64,000 nucleotides of DNA from a virus: positions 1 through 64,000 of IMG/VR virus record IMGVR_UViG_3300030117_007673; one strand, given 5' to 3'. Positions 48,272-56,852 of the stretch are shown in pieces. The position numbers and the translations under genes are program-made. The first letter of the stretch is position 1, and every line of letters begins with the position of its first letter. The notes under the pieces are model-generated. The model saw only the letters and a program-made list of their open reading frames with translations, ran no database searches and had not been told where the DNA came from.

Positions 48272-49141
48272 ATGGGAACATCAGATAGTTTTATATGTCT
48301 TCAGCAGCAAATTTTTATGAAATTGTTATTAGACTCCGGGCATATAATAAATAAAGATCAGCAAAATTTTAAGATAGCATATTTAGGAAACGTTGCTGAC
48401 AATTTTACGGTTACTTTTTGTAAAAAACTATTTCCAAATGCACAACATGATTTATATGATATTCTACTGAAAAATTGGGATATTAATGATGAGTGGGGAA
48501 TTGAAAATTATGATATTGTTATTTGCCATCGTACAACAATGTACGTTGAGGATTTAGATTTTTTTACAAAGCAATTAAAAAAGTGTATTTCTAAAAATGA
48601 AAATGTTATATTTGATTTTACCTTGTATGATGGATTTTTAGAGAATTACGCCATGACAAAGAAGAGATTCCCATCCAAGATGGATGAGAGTTTGTGCTTG
48701 ACTGCAAAGTTTGATTTCCGTAAAGCCTTTGAAGAAACTGTTCGCATTATAACTTTTTATGATGGCCAAAGATCGTCGCACATGACGATAGAGTCTTTTA
48801 TGGATCCCCAGGGAACTAATCCGACATGTCTAAAACAAGATTATTTTGATGCTACTATGACCAATTGTGTTACGGAAAGAACACTTGAAGAAAATAATAT
48901 TAAACCAAATGTATTAGTTAATGGCTATAACTTTTTTAAGGGAGACTTGATTACATATATGTTTTGGAATAAAAAACAAATGCAAGCATTTGCCTTGCCG
49001 AATCTTTTGATTACAATCCCGCCACCCGCTGAACAACCCTGGACCAACCAAGAATACCCGCAATTTTACGCACTCACCCAACGTGAAATTCCTAATTACG
49101 CACTCGCCCAACGTGAAATTTCTAAAGACAACAGGACATAA
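48272..49141 (+). CDS. Methyltransferase-like protein, paralog of 1054..1656
   Basis: MGTSDSFI...DLYDILLKNWDINDEW..YDIVICHR versus MGRSDPFI...DLYDLQLNNWDINSEW..YDTIICTR. Confidence 0.55.
   Translation: MGTSDSFICLQQQIFMKLLLDSGHIINKDQQNFKIAYLGNVADNFTVTFCKKLFPNAQHDLYDILLKNWDINDEWGIENYDIVICHRTTMYVEDLDFFTKQLKKCISKNENVIFDFTLYDGFLENYAMTKKRFPSKMDESLCLTAKFDFRKAFEETVRIITFYDGQRSSHMTIESFMDPQGTNPTCLKQDYFDATMTNCVTERTLEENNIKPNVLVNGYNFFKGDLITYMFWNKKQMQAFALPNLLITIPPPAEQPWTNQEYPQFYALTQREIPNYALAQREISKDNRT
49066..49125 (+). repeat. 30-bp direct tandem duplication (2 copies, 2 mismatches)
   Basis: ttacgcactcacccaacgtgaaattcctaa / ttacgcactcgcccaacgtgaaatttctaa. Confidence 0.95.
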
Positions 49142-49144
49142 TTC

Positions 49145-50086
49145 ATGGAAGGAGAAAAGCTCCAACTTCTAAAAAGTATTTTTGGGAACTTCCATCATTC
49201 CAATGACGAACACTTATTCTATTGCCCAAAATGCAAACACCACAAGCGAAAGCTTTCTGTTAATTTAGATAAAGACGCTTTCAAATGTTGGATCTGTGAT
49301 TATCATGGCCGTTCTCTTCGCCGTCTTGTGCGGAAATATAGTGACTTTCGCACATTACAACAATGGGACAAATTAAATGGTAGAGAAGATGTAACGAAAT
49401 TTGATGATATATTTTCAGAATATGAAGAAGTCGAAGAGATACAGAGAATTGACTTACCAGAAGAGTTTTTATCTCTTACAAGCCAAAGCCAATCTTTATC
49501 AATGATACCGGCAATAAATTATTTGAAAAACAGAGGGATAACAAAAAAGGATATCATCTATTGGAAAATTGGTTTTTGTATGCGAGGGGAATATAATAAT
49601 AGAATTATTATTCCTTCTTTTGATGAAGACGGGTATGTGAACTACTTTGTCGCGAGAACGTTTAATGGCGCATGGAAAAAATATCTCAATCCCCCTGCGT
49701 CAAAGGATATAATATTCAATGAGCTTTATCTAGATTTTGACAAGGATCTTGTAATTGTTGAGGGTATCTTTGATGCAATAGTTGCCGGCCCAAACTCTGT
49801 TCCAATTCTTGGCTCTACTTTACGCGAAAATTCGAAACTGTTCCAACAAATTGTAAAGAACGATACTCCAGTTTATATTGGTCTAGATGTTGATGCCGAG
49901 AAAAAATCAAAGAAGATAATAAAAGATTTATTAAATTATGGTATTGAAATTTATAAGATAGATACATCAGGGTTTGACGACATCGGTTCGATGACAAAAG
50001 ATGAATTCACAAAGAGAAAAAATGAAGCGGCATTATACGATTCTAATGACTACTTATTATACGAAGCGTTAGGAGAAATAAAATGA
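49145..50086 (+). CDS. dnaG: DNA primase (zinc finger plus TOPRIM), DnaG/gp61-like
   Basis: CPKC...CWIC zinc finger, YLKNRGI, RIIIP, VEGIFDA, LGS and LDVDA. Confidence 0.85.
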   Translation: MEGEKLQLLKSIFGNFHHSNDEHLFYCPKCKHHKRKLSVNLDKDAFKCWICDYHGRSLRRLVRKYSDFRTLQQWDKLNGREDVTKFDDIFSEYEEVEEIQRIDLPEEFLSLTSQSQSLSMIPAINYLKNRGITKKDIIYWKIGFCMRGEYNNRIIIPSFDEDGYVNYFVARTFNGAWKKYLNPPASKDIIFNELYLDFDKDLVIVEGIFDAIVAGPNSVPILGSTLRENSKLFQQIVKNDTPVYIGLDVDAEKKSKKIIKDLLNYGIEIYKIDTSGFDDIGSMTKDEFTKRKNEAALYDSNDYLLYEALGEIK

Positions 50087-50187
50087 AAGGCTTTTTACAC
50101 AGAGTTAAATATATTTTAAGTGATGAACATTGCTGCTGCTGTTGTGGTTGCTGCGCCTGCGAAGATTGCAATTGCAAAAATAGATAA
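50083..50187 (+). CDS. 34-aa cysteine-rich peptide (metallothionein-like); not in the ORF track
   Basis: MKGFLHRVKYILSDEHCCCCCGCCACEDCNCKNR. AGGAG RBS at 50071 and ATGA overlap with the primase stop. Confidence 0.6.
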   Translation: MKGFLHRVKYILSDEHCCCCCGCCACEDCNCKNR

Positions 50188-50209
50188 AGAAAAAAAGGAT
50201 TAATCTTAA

Positions 50210-50404
50210 GTGGATTTGAATACAACAGACAATCTAAGTGAAGGTGACAGAAGAGCTATCGTAGATCATTTTGCAAAAGAGGTGGTAAATATTACTCTTC
50301 GGAATACAAACGGTGATTTTAGTTTAGCAAAAAGCATCTTTTTTAAAGCTGCTTCTCAAATTCAAAAGCAAATAAAGGAAATGGAAAATGAAGATCTCGA
50401 CTAA
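50210..50404 (+). CDS. Hypothetical protein
   Basis: 64-aa ORF with a GTG start, overlapping the next gene. Confidence 0.5.
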   Translation: MDLNTTDNLSEGDRRAIVDHFAKEVVNITLRNTNGDFSLAKSIFFKAASQIQKQIKEMENEDLD

Positions 50405-50696
50405 TAGACTCAAACAAATTATTAAAGAAGAAATTGAAAATCTAGAAATGTCCGAACTAGACGAACAGGAAGAAATGCCTGGCGAGGAACCAGCAGCTGC
50501 AGAAAAGCATCAATCAGATGTGGAAAAAATAAAAATGCTTATTCCTAGAATTAACACTAGAATAGAAATGCAAGAGTTGTTGGAAGTCGCATTATCTCAC
50601 ATTGTTGTATCAAAAGATGGCCTCATGGCAATGAGAAACGTTCTTGGCTCTGCGATTGCTGGCGCTTTGGTTAAAAAGTTGGGCACTAAAGTATAA
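50388..50696 (+). CDS. Small protein with an N-terminal 'LKQIIKEE' motif (putative head-internal protein)
   Basis: MKISTNRLKQIIKEEIE. The same motif occurs twice in the next gene. Confidence 0.6.
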   Translation: MKISTNRLKQIIKEEIENLEMSELDEQEEMPGEEPAAAEKHQSDVEKIKMLIPRINTRIEMQELLEVALSHIVVSKDGLMAMRNVLGSAIAGALVKKLGTKV

Positions 50697-51226
50697 TGAT
50701 GCTCACAAAGTCACACTTTAAACAGGTTGTCATGGAGTATCTTCTTAAAGAAGAAGATCTTGCCAGAAAAGTTCAAGACAACGAAGATTACCTTACCAGG
50801 CTTAGATTAGCGGTAAGTGAATTGTACGGCCATTATCGCGAGCTTAATGCAGATATAGACGACTTGCGAATAGATCTTAACGATTATATGAGCACGGGAG
50901 AGAAGCCAAGTAGATTTGCAGAACCGGATGTTATCCCTGGTAGGGCAAGTATGTCCATTGATACTAATCCCGGAGGGAAGCCAATGATGGAAAAAGTAAA
51001 ACTAACAAAATCAGAACTTAAAAAAATCATCAAAGAAGAGTTAGATTCAAGATATGAAAAAATGTATGAAAAGAATGATGCATCAGAACTTCGTTTATTG
51101 TATAATGAATTTGTTGATAGTCTTCGGGACACTATTACGTGGCATTCCGCGCTAATAGAGCTTGACGAGCGGATCAGAGACAAAATAGAATCAATTGAAA
51201 TAAGATTGAATGAGCTTGCAAAATAA
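50696..51226 (+). CDS. Coiled-coil protein with two 'LTKSxxKxIIxE' motifs
   Basis: MLTKSHFKQVVME at the start and KLTKSELKKIIKEEL internally. Confidence 0.6.
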   Translation: MMLTKSHFKQVVMEYLLKEEDLARKVQDNEDYLTRLRLAVSELYGHYRELNADIDDLRIDLNDYMSTGEKPSRFAEPDVIPGRASMSIDTNPGGKPMMEKVKLTKSELKKIIKEELDSRYEKMYEKNDASELRLLYNEFVDSLRDTITWHSALIELDERIRDKIESIEIRLNELAK

Positions 51227-51229
51227 TTC

Positions 51230-51258
51230 TTGACAAGCAGATCACTTTATGTTATATT
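51230..51258 (+). promoter_or_regulatory. Near-consensus sigma70 promoter (TTGACA-17-TATATT, TGn extended -10)
   Basis: ttgaca agcagatcactttatgt tatatt in the intergenic gap before the SbcD-SbcC fusion, followed by an aggag RBS. Confidence 0.75.
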
Positions 51259-51284
51259 GTTAATAGAGGCAAAATAGGAGACCC

Positions 51285-54200
51285 ATGAAGTTCGCCCATC
51301 TTGCGGATACGCATATTCGCAATTTAAAATATCACTATGAATATCGTGCGATATTCGAGCAAATATATAACAAACTACGAGAAGAAGAAGTGGACTATAT
51401 TGTTCATTGCGGAGATCTCGCACACACAAAGACGCAACTGAGTCCTGAATATTTTGAGATGGCATCAAGCTTTCTTAAAAATCTGGCAGACATTGCGCCC
51501 ACCTATATAATCCCCGGAAACCACGATGGAAACCTGCGAAATTCTAATAGACAGGATGCCATCACTCCAATCGTTGAGGCCCTAGAGCACCCAAATCTGT
51601 TCCTTCTGAAGGCATCTGGTGAGGCACAAATAGACGACAAGTTCACTCTTAATGTGCTTTCCGTTTTTGACGAAGAGAACTGGATCGATCCATCTAATGA
51701 AGATAAAATAAATATTGCACTTTACCATGGATCCATTTCCGGAGTCAAAACAGATCTTGGATGGACGATGGAACACGGCGAAAATGACGTGTCAATCTTC
51801 AATAAATTTGACTTTGCTTTTCTTGGAGATATTCACAAGACAAATCAAATATTAGATCGCAAAGGCACAATTCGATATCCTGGAAGTACGATTCAGCAGA
51901 ACCATGGAGAGTCCAATGATAAAGGTTTGTTGATTTGGAATATCCGTGAGCGAGACGATTTCGACGTCAAACATATTTCTTTTATAAACCCAAAGCCATT
52001 TATCACAGTCAATCTTACACCAAAAGGCAGAATCCCAAATAAGACAGAAGTTCCAGAGGGTGCTCGACTTCGTTTGGTTTCTAATAACAATCTTTCATTA
52101 GATGTTCTTAAAAAATCAGTTGACGTTGCAAAAGCTAGATTTAAACCAGAAAGCGTAACGTTCTTGAACAGGGCTTCTGGAGACAGAACAGATATTACAG
52201 ATTCAATTAATAATATATTTCAGGAGAACCTGAGAGACTCTGCTGTACAAAAAAGACTGATCAAGGATTACTTAAAAGATTATAGCCCTACTGATGATGT
52301 GGTAGAGAATGTATTAGAACTTAACAAAAAATATAGCTCCGCTGTAGAGGAAGATGAAGAGGTCGCTAGAAACATTAATTGGCGTCTCAAAAGTGTTGAA
52401 TGGGATAATCTATTCAATTACGGCGAGAGTAATAAAATTGATTTTGAAAAATTAAATGGAGTTGTAGGAATCTTTGGGAAGAATTTTTCTGGCAAATCTA
52501 GCATTATCGATAGCATGCTATATACAGTTTATAATTCTACCTCCAAGAACAACCGAAAGAATTTGCACTTAATCAATCAGACGAAAGACTCCTGTCGAGG
52601 TAAGGTTGAGATTACCGTTGGTCACAATGTTTATGAGGTTGAGAGAATTTCGGAAAAGTATGAGAAAAAGCTTCATGGCAACACAACGGTTGAAGCAAAG
52701 ACGGATGTTGAGTTTTCAAAGCGCGATGAAGTTGTTGGAGAAGATATCAGTCTAAATGGCTTATCAAGGAACGATACCGATAAGAATATCAGAAAGATGT
52801 TCGGCACGATGGATGATTTTTTGCTTACTTCAATGGCCTCTCAGCTTGGCTCTCTTATGTTTATTAGCGAAGGTTCAACAAGAAGAAAAGAAATCCTTGC
52901 CAAGTTTCTTGATCTTGAGATGTTTGAGCGAAAGTTCCGACTAGCAAAAGAAGATGCTTCTGATCTCAGGGGCATGCTTAAAAGACTGGAGGGGACAGAG
53001 TTTGATGAAAAAATCGAAGAAGTGAAAGAACAACTTAATAATATTGAAAATGAAGTTGAGAAACAAGAAAACTCTTGTGATGAAATTACAGACAAGATAG
53101 AGAACTATCAATTACAAGTAGAGGCTATTAATGAAAAGATAAAAGTCATTCCAGTTGAGATAATTGATATAGAAGAGGTGGAAAAATCCTTAGAAGACAA
53201 GGGGAAAGAAAAAGATTTATTAACCGGCAGAAGCAAGAAGTTTTCTGATAATATCAAAAATAATAAAGATCTTCTAGAAAAGATTAAAAAATTCTTGAAT
53301 AATGATTTTGATATTGAAGAGATTAAAAACAACAAATCTATCGTTGTTGATAAGCAAAATCAATTAAATTTAATTTGTAATGATATCAAAGTTCATGAAA
53401 CTAAATTAAAAGTAAAAGAAGGCAAAGCTGCTCTTTTAGAAGAAGTACCTTGTGGTGAAGAGTTTTCGCATTGCAAATTTATTAAAGATGCTTACGGTGC
53501 ATTACGACAACTTGATGAGGTCAAGAAAGAGATAGCGGAGTTAAGAACATCAGAAGAAAAAACATCCGACGAAATTCAAGAACTAAATCCAGAAAAGATT
53601 GAAGAACATATTGAGAAATATGATGAGTTGCTTAAAAAAGAGAATGAGTTAAATTCTGAAATCTCTTCATACGAATTGGAGATTCAAAAAAACAAAACGA
53701 AAATTGTTGGATATAAAAAAGAGATTGAACAATTGAATGAGAAGGTGGTAGAATATAATAAGAACAAGATGGCGATTGAAGATTTGGAAGCCCTAAATTT
53801 TGAGAAAGATAATTTTTTGAGAGCTGTAGTGGAAGAAAAGGAAAACTTGTCGACATGTCAGAACCGTCTTATTGAGCTTTCCAAGGAGCATGGATCGATT
53901 GAACAAGCTCTTAAAAATCTTGAAGATGATAAACAGGAGCTTCACGATCTTCGTGAGGAGTATGCTGCTTTCGATCTCTTTATGAGGTGTATGCACTCAA
54001 ATGGTATTGCTTACGATATCATTAAAAAGCGTCTTCCGATTATTAATTCAGAAATTGCAAAGGTGTTAGCAAATATTGTAGACTTCGAGGTCTTCTTTGA
54101 AGCAGAAGACAAAAAGCTTGAAATATTTATCAAGCACCCAAAATTTGATGCGAGACCGATTGAATTAGGGTCTGGTTCAGAAAAGACAATTGCTGCCATG

Positions 54201-54440
54201 GCTATTCGCTTGGCGTTATTGAACGTTTCTAGCCTTCCAAAACCAGATCTTTTTATTCTTGACGAACCAGCAACCGCGCTGGACGAAGAGAATATGGAAG
54301 GCTTTATCAGAATTTTGGATATGGTTAAATCATATTTCAAAACCGTTCTTCTAATCTCTCATCTGGATACATTAAAGGATTGTGCAGATATGACGATTGA
54401 GATTGAGAAGAAAGACAACTATGCTTATGTTAATTATTAA
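51285..54440 (+). CDS. Fused Mre11/SbcD nuclease and Rad50/SbcC ATPase (T4 gp47-gp46-like)
   Basis: Phosphoesterase motifs DTH, GDL, GNHD, HG and GDIH, then Walker A GKNFSGKS, a long coiled coil, signature-like GSGSEK, Walker B FILDEP and H-loop ISH, all in one ORF. Confidence 0.9.
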   Translation: MKFAHLADTHIRNLKYHYEYRAIFEQIYNKLREEEVDYIVHCGDLAHTKTQLSPEYFEMASSFLKNLADIAPTYIIPGNHDGNLRNSNRQDAITPIVEALEHPNLFLLKASGEAQIDDKFTLNVLSVFDEENWIDPSNEDKINIALYHGSISGVKTDLGWTMEHGENDVSIFNKFDFAFLGDIHKTNQILDRKGTIRYPGSTIQQNHGESNDKGLLIWNIRERDDFDVKHISFINPKPFITVNLTPKGRIPNKTEVPEGARLRLVSNNNLSLDVLKKSVDVAKARFKPESVTFLNRASGDRTDITDSINNIFQENLRDSAVQKRLIKDYLKDYSPTDDVVENVLELNKKYSSAVEEDEEVARNINWRLKSVEWDNLFNYGESNKIDFEKLNGVVGIFGKNFSGKSSIIDSMLYTVYNSTSKNNRKNLHLINQTKDSCRGKVEITVGHNVYEVERISEKYEKKLHGNTTVEAKTDVEFSKRDEVVGEDISLNGLSRNDTDKNIRKMFGTMDDFLLTSMASQLGSLMFISEGSTRRKEILAKFLDLEMFERKFRLAKEDASDLRGMLKRLEGTEFDEKIEEVKEQLNNIENEVEKQENSCDEITDKIENYQLQVEAINEKIKVIPVEIIDIEEVEKSLEDKGKEKDLLTGRSKKFSDNIKNNKDLLEKIKKFLNNDFDIEEIKNNKSIVVDKQNQLNLICNDIKVHETKLKVKEGKAALLEEVPCGEEFSHCKFIKDAYGALRQLDEVKKEIAELRTSEEKTSDEIQELNPEKIEEHIEKYDELLKKENELNSEISSYELEIQKNKTKIVGYKKEIEQLNEKVVEYNKNKMAIEDLEALNFEKDNFLRAVVEEKENLSTCQNRLIELSKEHGSIEQALKNLEDDKQELHDLREEYAAFDLFMRCMHSNGIAYDIIKKRLPIINSEIAKVLANIVDFEVFFEAEDKKLEIFIKHPKFDARPIELGSGSEKTIAAMAIRLALLNVSSLPKPDLFILDEPATALDEENMEGFIRILDMVKSYFKTVLLISHLDTLKDCADMTIEIEKKDNYAYVNY

Positions 54441-54455
54441 GGAGGAAAACATATA

Positions 54456-54656
54456 ATGCAAACAGCTGAAGAATTTGTTAATAATGGCGTGAATGAACTT
54501 TTACAAAAAGTATCCAAATTGGAAAGGATTGCCGAGTTAGCGTCACAATATAAAGAGATACACTCTGACAAATTTGCTTCGTACAATGAGAAAGAATATG
54601 CTCTTGAGAAGCTTGGCGAAAGCCTAGAGGAATATGAGTTGTTTTTAAGTAAATAA
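54456..54656 (+). CDS. Hypothetical protein
   Basis: 66-aa ORF with an aaggagg RBS. Confidence 0.6.
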   Translation: MQTAEEFVNNGVNELLQKVSKLERIAELASQYKEIHSDKFASYNEKEYALEKLGESLEEYELFLSK

Positions 54657-54686
54657 GACTAAGTATAATATTAAAGGAGAATTATT

Positions 54687-54890
54687 ATGGCTAGAATAAA
54701 AGCTTTTATGGATAAGCACGTTGAGAGATTTATAAGTAGGAAATTTTTGGCATGGCTAACAGCAACTGGGCTCGCTATTCATGGTTCCGTTACCAGCGAC
54801 AACTGGGTCGCTGTAACCTTGGCTTATATCGGAACTCAAGCATTGGTTGATATGGCGACAGCCTGGAAACATGGATTTAAAGATCAATGA
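54687..54890 (+). CDS. Small two-TM membrane protein, holin-like
   Basis: SRKF followed by two hydrophobic helices. Strong RBS. Confidence 0.5.
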   Translation: MARIKAFMDKHVERFISRKFLAWLTATGLAIHGSVTSDNWVAVTLAYIGTQALVDMATAWKHGFKDQ

Positions 54891-55291
54891 GTTGGTTAGC
54901 CTTTAAACTCTTTGTTCAAAAGAGTTGGCTTTGGTTAAAAACTTATTGGTATTTTCCAGTAGCTATCGTCTATGCTCTTGTTATATGGCTTGTTTTTAGA
55001 AAAGACACTAGCGCTGCTTTAGGGGCACTGGATATAAAAAGCGATAGTTTTAAAAAACAAATCGACGTTCTTAATAAAGTTCATGAGGAAGAAATAAAAG
55101 AAAAAGAAAATTTAAATAAAGTTTTTAATGAAACAATTGAGAAAGTTGAGGTAGAATTAAAAAAGAAGAATGAAGCTCTTGACAAAGGCAAGAAGAAAAG
55201 AGTTAAAGAAATTGTCAAAAATCATTCTAACAATCCAGAAGAATTGGCAAGATTAGTTAAGGAATCGTTTGGTTTTGAAATTGTGGAATAA
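54887..55291 (+). CDS. N-terminal TM plus coiled-coil protein (i-spanin-like)
   Basis: YWYFPVAIVYALVIWLVF followed by a charged coiled coil. Confidence 0.45.
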   Translation: MSWLAFKLFVQKSWLWLKTYWYFPVAIVYALVIWLVFRKDTSAALGALDIKSDSFKKQIDVLNKVHEEEIKEKENLNKVFNETIEKVEVELKKKNEALDKGKKKRVKEIVKNHSNNPEELARLVKESFGFEIVE

Positions 55292-55730
55292 AATAATAAT
55301 AATTGTTTTGGTTGTTATATTTCCTGTGTTGACGTTTGCAAGCGACACGCCAAAGATTAAGCCAATGAACGAAGGAGAGATCGCTCCTTTTACAGGAGTT
55401 CTTTTTAATTCCGCTGCAATCGCTCAGACTGTTGCTGAGAAAGAATACAATGCTGAGCAATGCAGACTAAGAATTGAACATCTGGAACAGAAAGAAAAAG
55501 CAAAGTGCGATCTTTTAATTGCGACAACAAAGGTGGAAATTGATTTTTTAAAAAAGAAGTATGATTCAATTTTAAAAATTAAAGATGAAGAAGTCGAAAG
55601 ATTTCAAAAACTTGCTTTAGAAAAACCGAATAAAAATTCTCACTGGTGGTTTGCTGGCGGAATGGTCACTGGCATTGTTACTTCAGTTGTGATTTTTTAT
55701 GCAGCGGTAGAAATAGGAGACAAGAACTAA
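55269..55730 (+). CDS. Secreted coiled-coil protein with a C-terminal TM segment (spanin-like?)
   Basis: Signal-peptide-like N-terminus (IIIIVLVVIFPVLTFA) and C-terminal WWFAGGMVTGIVTSVVIFYAAV. Exact start uncertain. Confidence 0.45.
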   Translation: MVLKLWNKIIIIVLVVIFPVLTFASDTPKIKPMNEGEIAPFTGVLFNSAAIAQTVAEKEYNAEQCRLRIEHLEQKEKAKCDLLIATTKVEIDFLKKKYDSILKIKDEEVERFQKLALEKPNKNSHWWFAGGMVTGIVTSVVIFYAAVEIGDKN

Positions 55731-55915
55731 TGTGCTTAATATGTGTTGAATATAATAAAAAAAAATTGACTTTGAGCGAAGCTTGGAAAAATCTTCACGA
55801 GATGAGAGAACAAATTGGCGAAGAACATGCTTGGGAAGTCATTGATAAACTCTGGGAAGAAGAGCTAAAAAATGAAAAAGAAAGAGAAAGATCCAAATTT
55901 AATAGCAAAGTTTGA
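55730..55915 (+). CDS. Small hypothetical protein with N-terminal CxxC
   Basis: ATG overlaps the previous stop (TAATG), with an aggag RBS. MCLICVEY... Confidence 0.55.
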   Translation: MCLICVEYNKKKLTLSEAWKNLHEMREQIGEEHAWEVIDKLWEEELKNEKERERSKFNSKV

Positions 55916-56267
55916 ACTTGCTATTGAAAAGCAGTATGGTAAAGAAGCAATTGTACACCCGAGAAGCAATTGGGACGATGCCAAGGAGCAATCTTATTTG
56001 GAACAAGCGGAAGAAGTTTCTAAAAAAAATAGGATAAAAAAAGAGAAAACTGAAAAGATTGAAAAAGACGGGTTTTTGATCAGCAAGAAACTACTTACAA
56101 AGAGGAGTAGTAGGACTTGTCCAGTTTGCGAAACGTATTCTTTCGATATTAAAGACGATGTTTATATGAACAAGTACGACTGTTGTTACAGGTGTTACAT
56201 TCAGTACGTTGAAGATAGAGAAGAGCGTTGGGAAACCGGATGGAGACCAAATCAAGGAGAAGAATAA
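55872..56267 (+). CDS. Zinc-finger protein
   Basis: CPVC...CCYRC. Confidence 0.65.
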   Translation: MKKKEKDPNLIAKFELAIEKQYGKEAIVHPRSNWDDAKEQSYLEQAEEVSKKNRIKKEKTEKIEKDGFLISKKLLTKRSSRTCPVCETYSFDIKDDVYMNKYDCCYRCYIQYVEDREERWETGWRPNQGEE

Positions 56268-56843
56268 ATGGCTACTGTGTTAGATGTTATAAGAGGAATT
56301 TCACAAGCTGCTGCAAACGCTTATGATGGTTCACATGATGAGCGTTATATGGCAGACGGCGAGGCAAAAAAAGCCGGCCTTCGAAGAGAAGAAGGTGATT
56401 CTGTTTTAGAAAGCAGAGAGATTGATGGGTTTAATGTTCGTTTCACAGGAAACAAGATAAATATTTTATATCACGCTGAAATTAAACTTAAAGAGACCCA
56501 TGATAGAAACAAATTTGAAAGCACGATTGCAGCTAGTATCAATGACATAGCCAATTATTTGAAAAGAGAATATAAAAAAGTCACTGGCGACAATCTCACT
56601 CTCACAAAAGAAGGCGAACCGGATATTTTAGTTCAGCACATCAGTAACATTAGAAGTAATTGCCAAGCATCATGTACGTACAAAGTCGGCAATCTAGATG
56701 GTGTTTTACCTGTCGAAGAAGGTTCTTCTGCAAAAGAAAAGTTAGACCAAGTTACAAAAGACTGGCTTGCATACAATAAGAATTTCGAAATTGGCAAAGG
56801 TAAGAATCACGCCAGAAACGTAACCAGGAAAAAAGAACAGTAA
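56268..56843 (+). CDS. Hypothetical protein
   Basis: 191-aa ORF with an aaggag RBS. Confidence 0.7.
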   Translation: MATVLDVIRGISQAAANAYDGSHDERYMADGEAKKAGLRREEGDSVLESREIDGFNVRFTGNKINILYHAEIKLKETHDRNKFESTIAASINDIANYLKREYKKVTGDNLTLTKEGEPDILVQHISNIRSNCQASCTYKVGNLDGVLPVEEGSSAKEKLDQVTKDWLAYNKNFEIGKGKNHARNVTRKKEQ

Positions 56844-56852
56844 GAGGTAATA

